From positions 124,001 to 188,000 of IMG/VR virus record IMGVR_UViG_3300035703_000005: a stretch of 64,000 nt of DNA. One strand, written 5' to 3'. Of this stretch, positions 36,316 through 46,028 are shown one piece after another (positions within the stretch are counted from its first letter, which is position 1; every line of letters starts with the position of its first letter). Both the position numbers and the translations under genes were made by a program. The notes beneath the pieces are model-generated. The model saw nothing but the letters and a program-made list of their open reading frames with translations. It was not told the origin of the DNA and ran no database searches.

Positions 36316-38730
36316 TTAAACAGTTCCAACAACTTCTTCAAAACTAACTCCAGTTCTGTTAGCCACAAATGTTAGTCCAATAAAGTTAATGGATCTTGCA
36401 GGTTTAATGAAAATATCAGCCCTAAATTGATTTGCATCAATTACAGATGGAGTGTTATTTGATTCATCACAAACGACTAGGAAATCGGTGATTCCTCTCT
36501 TCGCTTTAACATCTCTTAGATATGGTTCAACAATATTTACAAAATTAGATCTAGTAATAACATCATTGAATTCAAATAATTGAGCTCTTGCAGCTCTTTC
36601 AATTGTCTCTTCTAATGTTAAGAATAATCTACGAACATTAATTCTATCAAATGCTGAAGAATAAGAAAGTGCAGTTTTATCGCCAAATAGAATGATTCCG
36701 GCACCAGGAGAGAAAATAACAGGATTTACTCTCTTTGGATATAGTAAATCTCTCTGAGATTGTGTTGGATTATAGGAGAGTTTGATAGCATTATTGATAG
36801 TTCCTCTTGCTGATCCAGCTGGAGAGAACCAAGGATAATTATTAATTGAGGTTCTTGCCATCAATCCTGCAATGTCACCATTCAATGGAATGTATCTAAA
36901 CTTATTGTTAAATCTATCAAACATATACTTGTAACCTGAGTCAAAGACAGCATAAGAACTTGAGGTAACAGAGTTATAAAAATTGATAATATTTTCAGTT
37001 TGTGTATCAGAGTTAGTTACATTTACTACACCTGCTCTATGTGGAGATAAGGTAACGACACAATCTTTTCTATTTTCAGCAATAGAAATCAGTTTATTAG
37101 CTTTTGCTTGTGATTCAAATATAGTTTGTCCACCACTTGGACCAGCGATGATAAAGTTGACATTGTATTCTGCAGGATTATTTAAAATCTCATATGAATT
37201 TAGAATATCGGAAAGAACCGCTGCCATTCCACCTGAAGCGGAAGAATAATCGTATCCAGAAGACAATGTATATGTTTTTGATCCAACGCATCCAAATACT
37301 ACTCCATTTGCATTTTGTCCCCATGCAATAGATCCACCAGAAAGAGGTGTAAATCCAGATAGAGTTGTAAATTGAGGAGCAATTAGAGAGTCAACAGCAC
37401 CGGCATAAATGTAAGAAGAATTATTTGATAAGTAATTCTTGTAGTAAATATTTTCAGTTGGAGAAACGGTTCCATCTAGTGCCTTAGATAGATTGGTATA
37501 TTTCTCTAAAATATTTCCGGAAATTCCTGTAATAGATCCAGAATCATCTACAACTACCACATGCATTTCATCATTTTTGGAATTTCTTTCTAAACCAAAC
37601 CTTGAAGTACCTGGTTTTGGTGCGATTGATTTCCAGAATATTGTAGAATTTGTAAGACCCAATGTTTGATTATTGTACCAATCGGATACTACATTATCAC
37701 TTGAAAAATAAAGTCCTTCACCCTTACTTAGTGTGTCATCCAATGCACTTCTAGCATAAGTAATAACAACCGTTGTAGCAGCAAAGGCAACAGGTGCAGC
37801 ACTTTCGAGTTGTATAGCAGTAACTCCTACTCCAGTAACTCTACTTACGTAAGCACCGTTTAAAGTAGTAAGTAAATCACCAATTCTTACATTGTTTACA
37901 ATATCTGCATTAGGATCAATGATCTGAACTATGGTTGAACCAATTCCGACAGAAGCTCCATTAGTGACTCTGAATTTTTCTAAAGAGGTTGCAGCTCCAA
38001 CACTATTGAATACTTGAACATATGGATTAAGAGCTGAAGATATATTAGGAATCGCATTTAATCCATTTTCTTCATAGAATACCGATGTATGGAGTCCTGT
38101 AACAGCATCAAATCTGCTTACGATTTTTACATCAATACTTTGTTGACCAACTTTGGTTATAATTCCCTTAACATATCCATTGAAGTTTTCAATAGTTCCA
38201 TTTTGAGTTACATAACTTGTTTGGAATCCACAAGTAATTGCATATCCAACTTCAATTCCAAAAGTTCCAATAGCTACAGTTTGATCTGCACCATTATCAA
38301 TTACACAAATTTTTAAGTTATTAGCCCAACTTCCAGGCTCTCTAGAAGCATATAACCAAGAAGAAGGAGCTGTGTAATTGTTATTATAATCTTCTTCGGA
38401 AGTTATTTTTAAGTTAGTTACTGGAGTACTAACTGGAGCGTTTGCGTTTACTAGATTTGTAGAATCCGTTCTGATTACTCTTAGTGTTCCTCCATATGAA
38501 AGATATGAAGAAGCAGACATCCAATATTCGTACTGTCCATCATTATCGGATGGCTTACCAAAAGTGTTTAGTAGGTCTTGTTCCGTTTCAACTAAGATAG
38601 GAACATTGATTGGACCCTTAACGAATGGTCCAGCTATTGCTCCAACTTGATCATTACTAGCTGTGATTCCACCTACAGTTAAATCAACCTCTCTAATTTT
38701 AACGCCTGGTGATACTAAGTTTAGCGACAT
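36316..38730 (-). CDS. gp18: Tail sheath protein (gp18)
   Basis: SPGVKIREVD, WFSPAG, FDRINVRRLF, IKPARSINFI. Confidence 0.97.
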   Translation of the reverse strand: MSLNLVSPGVKIREVDLTVGGITASNDQVGAIAGPFVKGPINVPILVETEQDLLNTFGKPSDNDGQYEYWMSASSYLSYGGTLRVIRTDSTNLVNANAPVSTPVTNLKITSEEDYNNNYTAPSSWLYASREPGSWANNLKICVIDNGADQTVAIGTFGIEVGYAITCGFQTSYVTQNGTIENFNGYVKGIITKVGQQSIDVKIVSRFDAVTGLHTSVFYEENGLNAIPNISSALNPYVQVFNSVGAATSLEKFRVTNGASVGIGSTIVQIIDPNADIVNNVRIGDLLTTLNGAYVSRVTGVGVTAIQLESAAPVAFAATTVVITYARSALDDTLSKGEGLYFSSDNVVSDWYNNQTLGLTNSTIFWKSIAPKPGTSRFGLERNSKNDEMHVVVVDDSGSITGISGNILEKYTNLSKALDGTVSPTENIYYKNYLSNNSSYIYAGAVDSLIAPQFTTLSGFTPLSGGSIAWGQNANGVVFGCVGSKTYTLSSGYDYSSASGGMAAVLSDILNSYEILNNPAEYNVNFIIAGPSGGQTIFESQAKANKLISIAENRKDCVVTLSPHRAGVVNVTNSDTQTENIINFYNSVTSSSYAVFDSGYKYMFDRFNNKFRYIPLNGDIAGLMARTSINNYPWFSPAGSARGTINNAIKLSYNPTQSQRDLLYPKRVNPVIFSPGAGIILFGDKTALSYSSAFDRINVRRLFLTLEETIERAARAQLFEFNDVITRSNFVNIVEPYLRDVKAKRGITDFLVVCDESNNTPSVIDANQFRADIFIKPARSINFIGLTFVANRTGVSFEEVVGTV

Positions 38731-38814
38731 GTCTTTCCCTCTAAAGAAGATTCAACTTGACTACAAATATTTATTATTTGCTAACTTTACATTGGGGAAA
38801 CCGCCAATGAACCG

Positions 38815-39045
38815 TCACCAGTCAGGATATTCCCACAAATGGGCTGAACTTTTATTTTTCTTACTTTCTGTTATTCTTTTGATTGTGCATGTTTTACACT
38901 CATATGAATACGCAGAGGGTATTCTACCTTTACCTTTACGTGTTAAATAAAATCCATCTATAAGATCTTTAACTTCCCCACATACTCTACATTTTCTCTC
39001 TGTCAAAAATAAATGTTCTAATTCGAATTGGTTGTTGAGATCCAT
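38815..39045 (-). CDS. Small zinc-ribbon protein
   Basis: CRVC...YECKTC; start coupled to the gp17 stop (TAATG). Confidence 0.7.
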   Translation of the reverse strand: MDLNNQFELEHLFLTERKCRVCGEVKDLIDGFYLTRKGKGRIPSAYSYECKTCTIKRITESKKNKSSAHLWEYPDW

Positions 39046-40694
39046 TATCGATAATCCCACATAAAAGATCTATCGCCATACTCATCAATATGCCAACGAT
39101 CCCCATCATCATCAATAAAACTTTCACCACCATCCAAACCATCAGAAATAAAACCAAATGGAGCCATATCCTGTTCAATTTGATTTTTCTGTTCCTCATA
39201 CAATCTTTTACGAACGTCATTGTCCGTCATTTCCTTAAAATATGGTTGTGCAATTAACCACGCAAAAATTACTAAACACATTGCAAGGTCATCATTACAA
39301 CCATCTTCCGCTTCAAAAGAATTTGACTTTTGAATAAAAGTCGTTAATTCGCTTATAGTGTCGTAATCGTTAATTACCAACTTATCACTTTCAATTAATG
39401 TCTTAAGATTCATGCATCCAATCTTTTTGACATTCTTAGACATTTTTACTCCCATCTGAGACTTTTTGCCTGAGAATCCTTGGCCAACCAATTGTCCTGC
39501 ACGACCCCTCATCGTACACATAAGGACATTATCATATTCCAGATCCATGTGAAGGATTTGTCCTACCTGTTCTCCAATATCATTAACTTCTACGAGAATA
39601 TATGCCTTATTATAAGCGACTGCAAGATCTTTAATAACACTTGGAAACAACATGGGTTTTATTTGATTGTCTCTGTATTTTGCTACAAGACGATATGGAA
39701 ATGATGTTGTATCGCAAATAGTAAATGCAGAATAATCTTTTTCTACACCACGAGCTACGTCTACTGTTAAAACATAGTTATGATCTTTTTGTGGTTCTTC
39801 GTAAATATCCAATCCAGCGTTTGATTTAATAGGATCTTCATAAACTAAGGATCTGAGTTTAGCTGCAGATATAAGAGTATCAACAGACCCTAAAAATTCA
39901 CATTCAAACTCTACTTTAAACTGTTGTTCCGATGTGTTTGCAATGGTCTGAGCTTTCCACTTTTCATCCCTACCAGGAACTTCTGACCAGTGAACATCGG
40001 TTGGGATATACTCATTTTTACCCCTCTCCGCATCATGCCAGATGCGGTAGAAGTGATTCATACCCTTTGGGGTAGAAACAATCAGGACTTTTGTGCTTTG
40101 GCCTGACGAAATAGTAGGATAAACAGAGGCAAAGAATTCATCAGCAATGTGATTTGGAATGAACGCGAATTCGTCCAAAAAGATGACATTGTACGATCCG
40201 CCTCGGACAGCAGATGCAGAAGTAGATGCGGCGATAATCTTGGAACCATTTTCTAGTTCTAACGATCTTTTATTCCATGATACAATACCTTGTTGCATCC
40301 ACTTCGGCAGTTTTTCGTATGCAAACTGTAATCTACTAAGTAGGTCTTGTGCAGTGGATGCCTTGTTGGCTAGAATAGCTATGTTGACATTATCATTAAA
40401 GACCGCATAATGTAACAAATATGAAACACAAGTTGTAGATTTACCTGTCTGTCGAGGCATTCTACAAATATTAAATCTATTTTGATGGAAATTAGTGATC
40501 AACTTCTCCTGAAACGGATACATCTTAAATGGTATCTCACCATGATCCAGTGAAACAATCTTGATATAATTTTTAGCAAAATACACAGGATCATTCTTGC
40601 ACTTGATAAACTCAAGAATTTGTTCCTGTGTAAATTCTACTGGTACATTAGCCTTTTTAAGGTTTGGGTTCCCCAAATAAACTTGATCACTCAT
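39045..40694 (-). CDS. gp17: Terminase large subunit (gp17)
   Basis: PRQTGKST, LDEFAF, STPKG, DVARG, DDLAM. Confidence 0.98.
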   Translation of the reverse strand: MSDQVYLGNPNLKKANVPVEFTQEQILEFIKCKNDPVYFAKNYIKIVSLDHGEIPFKMYPFQEKLITNFHQNRFNICRMPRQTGKSTTCVSYLLHYAVFNDNVNIAILANKASTAQDLLSRLQFAYEKLPKWMQQGIVSWNKRSLELENGSKIIAASTSASAVRGGSYNVIFLDEFAFIPNHIADEFFASVYPTISSGQSTKVLIVSTPKGMNHFYRIWHDAERGKNEYIPTDVHWSEVPGRDEKWKAQTIANTSEQQFKVEFECEFLGSVDTLISAAKLRSLVYEDPIKSNAGLDIYEEPQKDHNYVLTVDVARGVEKDYSAFTICDTTSFPYRLVAKYRDNQIKPMLFPSVIKDLAVAYNKAYILVEVNDIGEQVGQILHMDLEYDNVLMCTMRGRAGQLVGQGFSGKKSQMGVKMSKNVKKIGCMNLKTLIESDKLVINDYDTISELTTFIQKSNSFEAEDGCNDDLAMCLVIFAWLIAQPYFKEMTDNDVRKRLYEEQKNQIEQDMAPFGFISDGLDGGESFIDDDGDRWHIDEYGDRSFMWDYR

Positions 40695-40697
40695 AAA

Positions 40698-40868
40698 TTA
40701 AAACTTCGCTAAACTTGCTACAACCTCTTGTTGTTTAAGATAAAGTTTAAAATAAGATTTTGCAAATTCTATTGCTTCTTCTCTATCTAATTTATCTATA
40801 ACCCTTGACTGTTGTTCATAAATCAACATCTTATTAATATCTTCAAGTTTAATTTCATCGGGGTTCAT
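40698..40868 (-). CDS. 56-aa helical protein, NblA-like; not in ORF track
   Basis: MNPDEIKLEDINKMLIYEQQSRVIDKLDREEAIEFAKSYFKLYLKQQEVVASLAKF; exactly fills the gap before gp17. Confidence 0.6.
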   Translation of the reverse strand: MNPDEIKLEDINKMLIYEQQSRVIDKLDREEAIEFAKSYFKLYLKQQEVVASLAKF

Positions 40869-40869
40869 T

Positions 40870-43065
40870 TCATTTACCTTGAATAACTACGATTGGTTTA
40901 GATGGATCGGTAGGACTTGGATACCATTGCAGTATAACTGCGCCTGGATAAAACTTTTCAATTTCCGCTTTTACTTCATCTTTAGAAGGTCTCTTCATAT
41001 TTGGGAAGAAGAGTTGAAGATTCATCATTGGTCTACCTCTCCAAGAGAAGAGTATAGTATAAACATTACCAGTAGATTGTATCCGTTGATAATCTTCGTT
41101 TGTAATTTGTCCTGGTTGAATTACGGAGTCTGCAAGAGGTAGAGAGGGTCCTGAAAGCTTCTTAAGTGCGGCATTCTTTTCGTTAGGATTAGTATTACCA
41201 GTTGCAAGATTTCGGATCTTAGCTTGTTTTTGTGCTTGTCTATGTCCAGAACCAATTTCAAAACTTACATTTTCATTTGCTGGATGCACTTTTGCAATAC
41301 TGTAAGGTTGTTCTGGAGCTAATGAGGAAGGTAGTGAGAACATTCTCCAATATCCTTCACCGTATCTACATTCAGATGCAGTTTCATTTTTTTGACATTT
41401 GGGACAATATCTAATTCCCATTTCTTCTGGAATGAACTCTTCTTTCTTCGTCTTATTTCCCCAGTTTTTTGCACCAACCTTACGACACTTAACGAGAGCG
41501 CCAGATGCATATGCAGAAGGCCAAACCTTATAACGAGATTTTACTTTTGAATAACATGCGTCCTTTTCTTCACTAACATCCAAAAATTCTTCTTTTCTAA
41601 TATCTGACTTTGTTACTGATGATGGATAAGAACTCTCTTTACTCTTAGGAACATTTGTTCCCATAATTTCTCTTCTTACTTGACCAGCATCTTTTTTCCA
41701 AAATGGATTCTTCTTAAATTCGTGTTTCTTACCCTTGGGTTGATCCCTCTTCTTTTCCATTTTCTTCTGTGCCGCAGAAAGATTGCCGTGTCTAGCATAT
41801 TCTTTCTCGCCAGGACCACCCTTCTCAAATGATTGAGTATCTGGGTTATCTACACCTAATTGTTTTCTCTTGGCCTCAGACTTTTCCTTTGGAGTATAGC
41901 CTGAAGGATTTGGATTTTTCTTGTCATCCCAAGCAACTTTACCTTCAGTCGCAACCATTTTTGCCTTACCCTTTCTATTGGGATTTGGATCTTTTTCATT
42001 CTTACGACGAAATGCTCTCTCCTCTTCCTTATCGGAGAGCTCTGTTTTCATTTTACTTGAACCGCACTTTGGTTTAGTTGTTTGTCCTGGTTGTTTTGCA
42101 CAGGGTTTCCCTGCGTATTTACCACCCAATTGAACCCAACCAGGGGTGCCATCAGAAGCGCGACTCTTAGTAAACCAGTCACGCAAAGAACTATCACCAC
42201 TTTTGTTTTCATTAATAGAATCCTCCTTCACACAGTTAGGAACGACTTTTTTGCCCTTCTTTTTCATTCCAAGTTGTTTGTATCCATCCCAGCATTTTTC
42301 ATTTAAACCTTTAATCCATTCATCTGGAGTTTTATCATGTTTTTTAACAAATGCATTATGAAGTTCTTTTGCAGTCATATCATGTTCTTTCATGATACTA
42401 CGCATTAATTTATCAATGGAGTCATAAGAAGTATCATCTAATTTTTTAAGTCTACTTTCAAGTTCTTCAACTGCATCTTCATTTATTGGTTGAGTAAAAC
42501 TTTTAAACTTATAATCACTACCTTTAATGATGTCAACAACATGTGCAAAAGTATTACCATTTGCGTCATGAAGTTCTGTCCATTCTTCCTTTACTTTCTC
42601 CATCTTTTTGAGTTTGGAGTAATAATTGGGAATTTCATCTAAATGTTGCAATGCAATATCCATTGCTTCATCATTATCTGTAGTATGTTCATGTTCAACT
42701 TTCATCCCCATCTCAAGTTGTTTTTGGATGATTGATGGAGATACTTTATGCTTTTTTGCGATTTCTTCTACTGATTTATGACCTTTGAAACCTTCTTTAA
42801 CTTCTTTCTTTCTTTCGGTATCATCTTCTCCATGAGAGAGATGATCAGCTACTGTATCAAGATACTCTGCAGCCTTTGTAATCTTTGATTGCACCCATGC
42901 TTCCAAATCACCTTCACCTTTAAGTTTAGTCATCAATCTGATGATTGCAGCCTGTGCAGTTTTAAGTTCTCCACGAGCCATAGAAAACTCAAAATCCTCC
43001 CCAAGAGGTGCGATTGTTTCTAGGTCTGCAATAATAGACCACTCTTTAAAGGTGAGTTTATCCAT
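40870..43065 (-). CDS. 731-aa multi-module protein, putative internal polyprotein
   Basis: A string of unrelated small modules (GMKVEHEHT..., KCWDGYK...PNCV, KDACYSKVK...WPSAYASG) separated by xxE sites; CTAAATA at 43090-43096. Confidence 0.8.
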   Translation of the reverse strand: MDKLTFKEWSIIADLETIAPLGEDFEFSMARGELKTAQAAIIRLMTKLKGEGDLEAWVQSKITKAAEYLDTVADHLSHGEDDTERKKEVKEGFKGHKSVEEIAKKHKVSPSIIQKQLEMGMKVEHEHTTDNDEAMDIALQHLDEIPNYYSKLKKMEKVKEEWTELHDANGNTFAHVVDIIKGSDYKFKSFTQPINEDAVEELESRLKKLDDTSYDSIDKLMRSIMKEHDMTAKELHNAFVKKHDKTPDEWIKGLNEKCWDGYKQLGMKKKGKKVVPNCVKEDSINENKSGDSSLRDWFTKSRASDGTPGWVQLGGKYAGKPCAKQPGQTTKPKCGSSKMKTELSDKEEERAFRRKNEKDPNPNRKGKAKMVATEGKVAWDDKKNPNPSGYTPKEKSEAKRKQLGVDNPDTQSFEKGGPGEKEYARHGNLSAAQKKMEKKRDQPKGKKHEFKKNPFWKKDAGQVRREIMGTNVPKSKESSYPSSVTKSDIRKEEFLDVSEEKDACYSKVKSRYKVWPSAYASGALVKCRKVGAKNWGNKTKKEEFIPEEMGIRYCPKCQKNETASECRYGEGYWRMFSLPSSLAPEQPYSIAKVHPANENVSFEIGSGHRQAQKQAKIRNLATGNTNPNEKNAALKKLSGPSLPLADSVIQPGQITNEDYQRIQSTGNVYTILFSWRGRPMMNLQLFFPNMKRPSKDEVKAEIEKFYPGAVILQWYPSPTDPSKPIVVIQGK

Positions 43066-43088
43066 TTATTTTTATAAGTTTCCTATGT

Positions 43089-43520
43089 TTATTTAGATAG
43101 ATCTGGATTCATAGAACTCTTTAAAAACTTTTGAAGTTCTGCAGTAGATCCCAGAAATACAGCATTATTAGTAACATTAGTCGGTACAGATCCTTTCTGT
43201 TCTTGATTAATATCTTTCATCTTCTTCTGAAGATCCAAAAGTTTATCCGTAACATCTCCGACATTTTTAATCAGTTGTCCAGCAACCTCATATGCTCTTG
43301 GAGAATCAGATTCTTGTGCAAGTTCTAGGATGCCATTAATTGCCTCTTGACCTTTTTCAATAATTGAATAAAGTTGACCTCTAGAATACTCATAATCTTT
43401 TTGAAGTTGATCGACAACATCAGAAGTTTTTTGTATTTCTGGTTTATCTACCTTAACTATTTCCGACTCTATTGGGGTAGTTTCGATATTTAGAGCCTTA
43501 TCAATATCTTCAAAACTCAT
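43089..43520 (-). CDS. gp16: Terminase small subunit (gp16)
   Basis: DYEYSR, PRAYEVAGQLIK, FLGSTAELQK. Confidence 0.94.
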   Translation of the reverse strand: MSFEDIDKALNIETTPIESEIVKVDKPEIQKTSDVVDQLQKDYEYSRGQLYSIIEKGQEAINGILELAQESDSPRAYEVAGQLIKNVGDVTDKLLDLQKKMKDINQEQKGSVPTNVTNNAVFLGSTAELQKFLKSSMNPDLSK

Positions 43521-44569
43521 ACATCAATACCTTTGGTTGAACTATAAATTTTGCCATCACCATCTAAATTATAACGATATTCACTAAATCCAAAATCATC
43601 ATCTAAATCAATTAATTCATCATCTGCAAAATTAATTATATTGACCGCATCTCCCTCAGAATGAATTGAAATAGTTGTTCCATCTTGACCTCTATTCACT
43701 AGTAAACTATTTCCGGTAATTTTACGGATATACATTGATTCTTCTCCAATCATAATATATGATTTTTCAGTTAATGAAGTTGCATCAGAGACATTAAATT
43801 CTGTAATTTCTTCTGAAATGTTTTCTGAGATTGTTGTTATTGCATCATCATTATAATCTTTTAGAGCTCTAGGTTCTGCAATATATCTAAGTTGTCTTGA
43901 AGCATTAACTCTATTTGTATTAGTGTAATAATCGACCTGAACTTGTTTGATCAATGCATCATTTCCAACACCAGTAGGACCAAACAGGTATGTCTTTGCA
44001 GTAAAATCCAAACTATAAATTAAAATTCTTCTAGTCGTAAAATCACCTTCATATTGATCATCCATTGAAATACTTTCCAAAACCATTGGAATATCTCTTT
44101 TTTCTCCGATACTTGAAACTAGGTCAATTGTTAAATTGAAATGTGGTTGAAAATATGGTAAAATTTGTTCTATAATTTGTAAAGCATCTTCATTCAACTT
44201 TGACATAATTGAAAGTCTTATACCCACATTATAGGGGACGGGTAAAAAATTCCTCGACATTTGCCCACTTTCTTGATCTACTCCTCTGAAAGTTTGCATT
44301 GTTGATGATTTTCTACTGGAATCATAAGAAATTCCCGTCATTTCAAATGACATTCTCGGTAGAGTAATAGCGGCTCTTTTCTTTAGATCTGGAACTTGTT
44401 CAATTCTTGCTAAAAACTTTTGAACAGGACCATACGCAATAGGAACGGTAATAACACTAAAGTCATCTCCAGTATTATCTTTATGTTTTATTTTAATATC
44501 ATTAAAAAGAGTTCCAAAAGATACAATGGTCTTTCTCAATATTTCGTGGTAAAAATAATTTGAGATCAT
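43517..44569 (-). CDS. gp15: Tail sheath stabilizer (gp15)
   Basis: FGTLFN, VPIAYGP, LPRMSFE, QIIEQILPYFQP. Confidence 0.95.
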   Translation of the reverse strand: MISNYFYHEILRKTIVSFGTLFNDIKIKHKDNTGDDFSVITVPIAYGPVQKFLARIEQVPDLKKRAAITLPRMSFEMTGISYDSSRKSSTMQTFRGVDQESGQMSRNFLPVPYNVGIRLSIMSKLNEDALQIIEQILPYFQPHFNLTIDLVSSIGEKRDIPMVLESISMDDQYEGDFTTRRILIYSLDFTAKTYLFGPTGVGNDALIKQVQVDYYTNTNRVNASRQLRYIAEPRALKDYNDDAITTISENISEEITEFNVSDATSLTEKSYIMIGEESMYIRKITGNSLLVNRGQDGTTISIHSEGDAVNIINFADDELIDLDDDFGFSEYRYNLDGDGKIYSSTKGIDV

Positions 44570-44596
44570 AACAAGTTAAGATAGAGTATTAACTAT

Positions 44597-46027
44597 TTAG
44601 TATTCACCAAAAGGATTACGTTGACTGAAATCAATAACAGAATCGGCAGATTCTTCTATTTCAATATTAGACGCATAAGCATCTAAAAATTCGTTACTTT
44701 TTATAGACGAAACTTTATAACTTGCAGCTACTCCAACAATAGATTCTCCCAACGCAAAAGTTCCATCAACAATCGCAACCTTAAGAACTCTATTGGCATA
44801 ATCCCAACTCTTAACATATGCAGTTGTTCCTGTTTTGGTTCCAGTTACAACCTCGTTATAATTATAATCACCAAAAGTAGATGACGTTGGATCTGTGAAA
44901 GATATTGAAGGTGTAAATGTATACCCAGCACCAGCATTAGAATATCTAACCGCAACAACTACTCCATTTGTATTCAATATAGCTTCTGCTTGTGCATTAT
45001 TAATATTGGAAGAAACTCCGGAACTTGTAGGTATAAAGATTCTATCTATAGTTACTTGTGGGACAGTTGTATATCCAACTCCACCGGAAGATATACCAAT
45101 TATTCCTAAAACTCCAGAATTTATAACTGCTGTTGCAATTCCACCAGATCCACTGCCACCAGAAATAGTTACAGTGGGTGGTTCTGTATATCCAAATCCA
45201 GGATTAGTTACTAATATTCTATCAATAGATAATCTTTGATTTGAAGATCTACTAGTCATAATTGCAACAGCAGTTGCAGTCATTCCCCCAATAGGTGGTT
45301 TTGATATTGTGACTGTAGGAGATGAAATATAACCAAATCCATCATTAATCAAATCAATATATTGAACTGATTTGGAACCCGGACTTGTTGTGGCAAATCC
45401 AACTGTTGCGGTTGCAGTAGTTGCTGCAGCACCAACCATTTGAATAGTGTAAATATTTCCTAAATCTTTTACGGATTCATTAACTTCAATTCCAGTTGGA
45501 TCCACTTCTGGAACATCAATGATCTCATCTTCATATTCAAATCTCTCACATCTCAGTTCATAAACATAAAGATTATTGAGTTGATAAAATGGCTTTTTAT
45601 GTTCTACATATTTGATTTCAAATAAAGATTCGTCTAAAGGAAACCAAATTAAATCTCCTTCTTGAGGTCTGTATGCAAGTTTTCTTTCATTTTCTGGCCA
45701 TAATTTCAACAAAGGGGATATGAAATCATCATACCTTTCTTTTGAAATCACAAGATTTATTTCGTCATTACTTCTTACACCAAACTTTGAGAGTAAATCC
45801 CCATTCCCAGAAAAACCATCAAAATTCATTAGATATGCTTCAATTCTATAACTATCATCAAATTTTGACGCAACAACTTCTTTAATGACAGTATTTTCGC
45901 CAACAATTTTTCTAGGCATGTACAAAACATCTTGTCCGTACATTTTAAGTTGTTCATTAACTAGATCTTGAATAAGTCTTTGCTCACTCGGAGATCCTTG
46001 CAAAAAATAAGAATTGAGTGGTGACAT
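44597..46027 (-). CDS. gp14: Neck protein (gp14) with Gly-rich repeat insertion
   Basis: YMPR, PQEGDLIWFP, PFYQL, NPFGEY; internal GxGY...PxVxI repeats. Confidence 0.93.
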   Translation of the reverse strand: MSPLNSYFLQGSPSEQRLIQDLVNEQLKMYGQDVLYMPRKIVGENTVIKEVVASKFDDSYRIEAYLMNFDGFSGNGDLLSKFGVRSNDEINLVISKERYDDFISPLLKLWPENERKLAYRPQEGDLIWFPLDESLFEIKYVEHKKPFYQLNNLYVYELRCERFEYEDEIIDVPEVDPTGIEVNESVKDLGNIYTIQMVGAAATTATATVGFATTSPGSKSVQYIDLINDGFGYISSPTVTISKPPIGGMTATAVAIMTSRSSNQRLSIDRILVTNPGFGYTEPPTVTISGGSGSGGIATAVINSGVLGIIGISSGGVGYTTVPQVTIDRIFIPTSSGVSSNINNAQAEAILNTNGVVVAVRYSNAGAGYTFTPSISFTDPTSSTFGDYNYNEVVTGTKTGTTAYVKSWDYANRVLKVAIVDGTFALGESIVGVAASYKVSSIKSNEFLDAYASNIEIEESADSVIDFSQRNPFGEY

Positions 46028-46028
46028 A

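Noticed and set aside
4402-40694. Introns or inteins in gp41, gp43, uvsW, gp46, gp20 or gp17
   Set aside because: All are continuous ORFs of ordinary length without intein motifs; the HNH gene is intergenic.
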